Shown: positions 16,151-20,646 of the stretch, in pieces
How positions within the stretch are numbered: position 1 is the stretch's first letter
Layout: every line of letters begins with the position of its first letter
NCBI GenBank assembly: GCA_040289575.1
Contig: PSLL01000005.1
Span: 1-20,646 of the forward strand
DNA: 20,646 bases
Reading direction: 5' to 3'
Source: Candidatus Dadabacteria bacterium
GTDB lineage: Bacteria; Desulfobacterota_D; UBA1144; Nemesobacterales; CSP1-2
Notes under the pieces: generated by a model
Told to the model about the DNA's origin: nothing
What the model saw: the letters and a program-made list of their open reading frames with translations, nothing else
Databases searched by the model: none
Position numbers and translations under genes: made by a program

Positions 16151-16159
16151 TGAATAGAA

Positions 16160-16188
16160 ATATTACCGTCCTGACTGTTTAAGGTCAA
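16160..16188 (-). promoter_or_regulatory. Putative sigma70 promoter for the CDC48-pilD unit
   Basis: TTGACC (16188-16183), 17-nt spacer, TAATAT (16165-16160). Confidence 0.6.
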
Positions 16189-16198
16189 GGAAATTCGA

Positions 16199-16227
16199 TT
16201 GAATGGAGGCGCAATCTTAATTATACT
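16199..16227 (+). promoter_or_regulatory. Putative sigma70 promoter for recF
   Basis: TTGAAT (16199-16204), 17-nt spacer, TATACT (16222-16227). Confidence 0.6.
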
Positions 16228-16254
16228 TTTCGCAACTACTTGTCAGAGACAGTA

Positions 16255-16338
16255 AGGAGTCAGAAGTCGGAATACAGAAGGAAAGAGGCACGAGAAGCAA
16301 AGTTTTGTTTCTCTACTGTATTCTGTCTCCTGTATTCT
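16255..16338. repeat. Inverted heptamer-repeat element (STRR-like) forming a long hairpin in the recF leader
   Basis: Left units GGAGTCA GAAGTCG GAATACA. Right arm reverse complement GAATACA GGAGACA GAATACA. Inner stem GAGAAGCAA/TTGTTTCTC (16292-16313). Confidence 0.6.
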
Positions 16339-16342
16339 AAAT

Positions 16343-17449
16343 TTGATACTCAGATCAATTACCCTAAGGAATTTTAGGAACTACAAAACCGAAACCTTTA
16401 CATTCCATGAGAGGTTTAACCTAATCTCTGGGGAGAACGCCCAGGGTAAGACCAACCTACTTGAAGCCATACGACTCCTCTGCACATTGAGGCCGTTTAA
16501 ACAGGTAAAGATGGAAGAGCTTATAAATCTTGGGGAAAACGAGGGGAGAATAAAGGGCGAGATTGAATCCGATTCTGGACTTAATGAGGTGCATGTAACG
16601 CTTACAAAGGGCGGAAAAACCGTAAGGCTAAATGGAAAGGTCATATACGATGTAACCAAATTTATTGGGAGATTCAGTGTCGTAACATTCCTTCCATCGG
16701 ACTTAAGGTTGGTAAAGGGCACGCCCCAGGATAGAAGGAGGTATCTCGATGTGCTTATATGCGGTCTTAAGCCTGAGCACATCAGGGATTTAAGGCTCTA
16801 TATCCGTGCTCTGACTCAGAGGAATGCGTCTTTAATGAGGGGGCGGACGGCGGAGGCACTCGATGTATGGGATGAAAAGATAGCGGAGATTGGTGGAAGG
16901 ATATTAAGGAGGAGAATCAATCTGATTCAAAGGCTCGGACCCGAATTGGAGAGGAATTATCGCCTTATCTCAGGGCTCGGTTCGGATATAAGAATCCTAT
17001 ATAGACCGTCTTTCAATCTTGAGTGTGATTTTGAGGAAGAATTGAGAAGAGAGCTAAAATCGAGGCTTCCTCAAGATAAAAGGCGCGGAACCACATCCGT
17101 CGGTCCCCATAGAGACATTCCTGGTTTTACAATAGACGGAAAGGATGCATCCGTGTTTGCTTCTCAGGGAGAGGTAAAGACGGTTGCGCTTGCCCTTAAA
17201 GCATCCGAAATTGAGATTATAAGGGCGGCTCTTGGGAGAACACCGATTCTCCTTTTAGATGATATAACGAGCGAGCTTGATAATAAGAGAAAAGACTTTC
17301 TTTTTATGTTTCTTGAGGAATTTTCGGGACAGGTTTTTGTTACAGCAACCAGTCCCGAAGAGATTATTCACAAGGGCGATAAAAAGGCTTTTGTGATAAA
17401 ATCCGGTAGGGTGCAACCGGTTGCACATAGACAAACAGGGAGTGTCTAG
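16343..17449 (+). CDS. recF: DNA replication/repair protein RecF
   Basis: LRNFRNY, Walker A GENAQGKTNLLEAI, G.P..RRRYLD, ALTQRN, GPHRD, signature ASQGE, Walker B PILLLDDITSELD, QVFVT. TTG start. Confidence 0.95.
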   Translation: MILRSITLRNFRNYKTETFTFHERFNLISGENAQGKTNLLEAIRLLCTLRPFKQVKMEELINLGENEGRIKGEIESDSGLNEVHVTLTKGGKTVRLNGKVIYDVTKFIGRFSVVTFLPSDLRLVKGTPQDRRRYLDVLICGLKPEHIRDLRLYIRALTQRNASLMRGRTAEALDVWDEKIAEIGGRILRRRINLIQRLGPELERNYRLISGLGSDIRILYRPSFNLECDFEEELRRELKSRLPQDKRRGTTSVGPHRDIPGFTIDGKDASVFASQGEVKTVALALKASEIEIIRAALGRTPILLLDDITSELDNKRKDFLFMFLEEFSGQVFVTATSPEEIIHKGDKKAFVIKSGRVQPVAHRQTGSV

Positions 17450-17654
17450 AGGTTATATCAAAAATTCACTAATGTCATTCTGATTCAATCCGACATTCTA
17501 CCTCTGGTAGAAATTTTATCGAGCAATTCGTGTTTACTATGGACAGTGCATTTTTGTGTTTCTATTCCATGCGCGATCGGATATAATAATGTGGGAAAGC
17601 GAAACACAATGCAAAAATATTGCGGCAAGGTAGTGTTAATTCCTATCTGTTCGA

Positions 17655-17708
17655 TTGACATTCTCTCTATGCTACCTATACCTTACGCTTAAGTAAGCAA
17701 TTACTTAC
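17655..17708 (+). promoter_or_regulatory. Putative sigma70 promoter with a downstream palindromic operator for the ABC exporter operon
   Basis: TTGACA (17655-17660), then TATACC or TACCTT at 16- or 18-nt spacing. TAAGTAA-gcaa-TTACTTA (17690-17707) overlaps GTAAGcAATTaCTTAC (17693-17708). Confidence 0.55.
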
Positions 17709-17728
17709 ATTGTTTTCTTTTATATAAT

Positions 17729-18874
17729 ATGGCTATGGACTCCTTAAATAAACCTGACTTATCTTCTCTTCGGATTGATCGTGACAAGCCCCGGCCTCGA
17801 AGGAGGTTTATATGGTTTTTAGTTGTGGCGGTGGCTTTGGCGATTCTTCTATTTATTGCCATTCGGATTCCGTTTGGAAGTCCGGAGGTCTCTACGACTC
17901 GTGTCTCTCTTGTTACTCCCTCTCAGGCATCAACCGTGCTTACCGCGTCCGGCTATATTGTGGCTCGAAGCAAGGCGGAGATTTCGCCCAAGTCTGTAGG
18001 GCGCATCGCATGGATTAATCTTGAGGAGGGGCAGAGGGTCAAAAAGGGGGAACTCGTCGCCCGTTTGGAAAACCAGGAGCTTTTTGCTCAGAGATCCGAA
18101 ACACTCGCCAATCTCACCAATGCCCGTAGGGAATTGGCCAGGCAGAAGATGCTTTTTTCTAAAGGCATCTCCACAAAACAATCTCTCGACAACGCCGAGA
18201 CTCAGGTAAGGGTTTTTGAATCTCAGCTGCGTTTTATAGATGAACAGATCCGTAATACAGAGATATATGCCCCCATTGACGGCGTTGTTACGGTAAAAAA
18301 GGCCTTTTTGGGTGAGACCGTGACCCCCCAGGGTTTTGGAGGGGCTGGCTCTGCCGGAGCCACGTTTGCTGTCATTGTTGATCTTAACTCGCTTGAGATG
18401 GAGGCCGATATTAATGAGCAAAACCTGGGAAAGCTGAGTCTCGGAATGCCAGCAGAGGTGACACTCGATGCCTATCCCAATCACCCATATAAGGCGCGAC
18501 TCCGTCAGATTGTTCCAACCGCCGACAGGCAAAAGGGCTCGGTCAAGGTGAAGGTGGAGTTTCTCAATAAGGACGAAAGGGTTCTTCCTGAGATGTCGTG
18601 CCGGGTCTCGTTTCTGAATCCGAAAAGCCCCGTGGATGAAGGAGAGAGACTTAGGGTCATGATTCCGCCCTCATCGCTTATTGAGAGTGACGGCAAAAGG
18701 GGGGTTTTCATAGTCGAGGGGGATAGGGTTCATTTCAGACCCGTTAGGCTTGGATACACAATTGGCTCTCAAGTGGAGGTAAAAGACGGGCTCTCAGGCG
18801 GAGAGGAGCTGGTTGTCGAGGCTAACGGTTTTCATTTGAAGAATGGACAGAAGATCAAGCGAAAAAGCGATTAG
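17729..18874 (+). CDS. Efflux periplasmic adaptor subunit (MacA-like MFP)
   Basis: N-terminal TM anchor, VLTASGYIVA, EEGQRVKKGELVARL, helical hairpin, IYAPIDGVV, EMEADINE, VTLDAYP, IVPTADRQKGSVKVKV, LPEMSCRV. Confidence 0.93.
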   Translation: MAMDSLNKPDLSSLRIDRDKPRPRRRFIWFLVVAVALAILLFIAIRIPFGSPEVSTTRVSLVTPSQASTVLTASGYIVARSKAEISPKSVGRIAWINLEEGQRVKKGELVARLENQELFAQRSETLANLTNARRELARQKMLFSKGISTKQSLDNAETQVRVFESQLRFIDEQIRNTEIYAPIDGVVTVKKAFLGETVTPQGFGGAGSAGATFAVIVDLNSLEMEADINEQNLGKLSLGMPAEVTLDAYPNHPYKARLRQIVPTADRQKGSVKVKVEFLNKDERVLPEMSCRVSFLNPKSPVDEGERLRVMIPPSSLIESDGKRGVFIVEGDRVHFRPVRLGYTIGSQVEVKDGLSGGEELVVEANGFHLKNGQKIKRKSD

Positions 18875-18883
18875 GGGATTTAA

Positions 18884-19612
18884 ATGACTGCTAGTCCTCT
18901 CATACGGCTGGAGAATATAGTTAAGAGGTATTATCGCGGTGCCGAGGAGTTGACGGTTTTAAACGGCATCAACCTAACGGTGGATGACGGGGAGTTCGTA
19001 TCACTTATGGGGCCATCCGGGTCCGGTAAAACTACACTCCTTAATCTAATCGCCGGAATTGACCGACCTACTTCAGGGTATATATTCGTGGGCACAGATG
19101 AGATCTCCAGTATGAGCGAGGCAAGGCTTGCCCAGTGGCGCAGTCGTCATATTGGGTTTATTTTTCAGACTTATAATCTGATTCCTGTTTTGACCGCCTT
19201 TGAGAATGTGGAACTCCCCCTTTTACTCACGCCACTTGGGAAATCGGAGAGGCGCAAACACGTAGAGATAGCACTTTATGTTGTAGGATTGGCGGATAGT
19301 ATGTCTCATTATCCGCGACAGCTCTCTGGCGGTCAAGAACAGCGTGTTGCTATTGCGCGGGCAATTGTAACGGACCCCACATTACTGATAGCCGACGAGC
19401 CAACTGGTGATCTGGACGCCAAGAGTGCTGCCGAGGTGCTCGCCCTTTTAGATCGTTTGAATGATGAGTTTAAGAAGACGATAATTATGGTAACACACGA
19501 CCCGAAAGCCGCATCACACGCCCAGCGCCTTGTTCACTTAGAAAAGGGAATCTTAAAGGAAGACACACGCACAGAAGAGATCGGTTCGGCTGGTCTTACT
19601 AAGGCAAGATAG
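18884..19612 (+). CDS. ABC transporter ATP-binding protein (LolD/MacB-NBD family)
   Basis: GPSGSGKT, IGFIFQTYNL, LSGGQEQRVAIARA, ADEPTGDLD, MVTHD. Confidence 0.96.
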   Translation: MTASPLIRLENIVKRYYRGAEELTVLNGINLTVDDGEFVSLMGPSGSGKTTLLNLIAGIDRPTSGYIFVGTDEISSMSEARLAQWRSRHIGFIFQTYNLIPVLTAFENVELPLLLTPLGKSERRKHVEIALYVVGLADSMSHYPRQLSGGQEQRVAIARAIVTDPTLLIADEPTGDLDAKSAAEVLALLDRLNDEFKKTIIMVTHDPKAASHAQRLVHLEKGILKEDTRTEEIGSAGLTKAR

Positions 19613-19637
19613 GGTCTTCACCGAGGGTCAACACAAA

Positions 19638-20645
19638 ATGAGATTTCTTCCGCTAATAATTAAGAATGTGTTTCGTAAAAAAACGCGGACGATTTTGACA
19701 ATCGGTTCAATTATCTTACCACTTCTGGTGATATGCCTTATGGGAACATTCCTCCGTCTTCTCGATATGCCCGACCCAGCCCAGACACGCGGCATGTTTC
19801 GCATAGTGACCCGGCATAAGGTTGGAATAACAAGCCCGCTCCCTGTGAGTTATACAGAGAAGATTCGTCAATTAGATGGTGTGCTCGCCGTGACCGAATT
19901 CAACTGGTTCGGCGGCACATACATTGACAATAGCGCTAGGAACTTCTTTGCCCGTTTTGCTGTAGAACCCGAAACCCTGGTACAGGTTTTTGATGATGCT
20001 ACGATTATCCAAGGCTCTGCAGACGACTGGTTTAGTGATCGGGCGGGCTGTCTTGTAGGAGAAGACCTGATGAAGAAATTCGGGTGGAGGCTGGGGGATC
20101 AGATTGTTCTAGTTGGGGATATATACCCGGTCACCCTCCAGCTTACAATCCGTGCAGTCTATCGTTTAGCCGATGGTAACTCCGACGCGCTCTTTTTCAA
20201 TCGGAAGTATCTCGAAGAGGCGTTTCCGAGTTTCCAGGGAACTGTGGGAACGATATGGACGAAGTGCCGAGATGGAGTTACGGCTACCCGACTGTCTGAT
20301 GAGATTGACCAGATGTTTGGGAACTCACCGTACCCGACCAAGACCGAAACTGAGAAGGCCTTCCAGATGGGGTTTGTTTCCATGTTAGGTAATGTGAAGC
20401 TTTTGATCACCTCGCTAGGAACCATCGTTGTTCTTGTCATTATACTGATTGCCGCAAACACCATGGCACTCTCAGCCCGCGAGCGGGTGACTGAGATCGC
20501 TGTTCTACGCACATTGGGCTTTAACCGTATGATGATTCTAATGCTGATCCTGGGAGAAAGCCTTATACTGGCACTTATAGGGGGCATTCTTGGCTTGGGT
20601 ATTTTTGTTTTTGGTCTAAAACCCCTCAAGGCAGTTTTAGCCAAT
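19638..20645 (+). CDS. ABC transporter permease (MacB-PCD + FtsX family), 3' partial
   Basis: Not in the ORF track because no stop codon falls in the window. The ATG at 19638 gives MRFLPLIIKNVFRKKTRTILTIGSI...LPVSYTEKIRQLDGV...NWFGG, and the same frame later gives IAANTMALSARERVTEIAVLRTLGF...LILGESLILALIGGILGLG. Confidence 0.93.
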   Translation, partial: MRFLPLIIKNVFRKKTRTILTIGSIILPLLVICLMGTFLRLLDMPDPAQTRGMFRIVTRHKVGITSPLPVSYTEKIRQLDGVLAVTEFNWFGGTYIDNSARNFFARFAVEPETLVQVFDDATIIQGSADDWFSDRAGCLVGEDLMKKFGWRLGDQIVLVGDIYPVTLQLTIRAVYRLADGNSDALFFNRKYLEEAFPSFQGTVGTIWTKCRDGVTATRLSDEIDQMFGNSPYPTKTETEKAFQMGFVSMLGNVKLLITSLGTIVVLVIILIAANTMALSARERVTEIAVLRTLGFNRMMILMLILGESLILALIGGILGLGIFVFGLKPLKAVLAN

Positions 20646-20646
20646 A

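Noticed and set aside
17930..18532. 200-aa minus-strand ORF
   Set aside because: Antisense shadow of the well-supported MFP gene.
20159..20644. 161-aa minus-strand and 71-aa plus-strand ORFs at the right edge
   Set aside because: Both overlap the real ABC permease frame that starts at 19638.

Overview
Bacterial chromosomal segment, mostly housekeeping and envelope genes with two decayed patches. Gene content (sigma54 two-component pair behind pilD, CDC48, DipZ-like redoxin) suggests a deltaproteobacteria-like lineage (Desulfobacterota/Dadabacteria-like); this is a low-confidence inference. In order: start of a minus-strand gene with a structured leader; a large secreted protein; a collapsed wecB'/RND pump'/MFP' pseudogene mosaic; tandem-HotDog acyl-CoA thioesterase; an orphan ORF behind a near-consensus sigma54 promoter; alpha/beta hydrolase; REP-like palindrome; lipase maturation factor family protein; small lipoprotein; DipZ-like redoxin; a minus-strand run CDC48 -> pilD -> (toxin-antitoxin relic, GTAG-REP doublet) -> HAMP histidine kinase -> sigma54 response regulator; stand-alone recF; and a MacAB-type ABC exporter operon whose permease (absent from the ORF track) runs off the right edge. 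I saw no CRISPR array, tRNA, rRNA, transposase or intact defence system. No single clearly novel system is demonstrable. The best leads are the CDC48-pilD coupling with an SD-sequestering hairpin and MPPPT mini-ORF, the sigma54-driven orphan, the four-piece chimeric pseudogene and several cis-regulatory structures. All family assignments come from motif recognition by eye, not from database searches.
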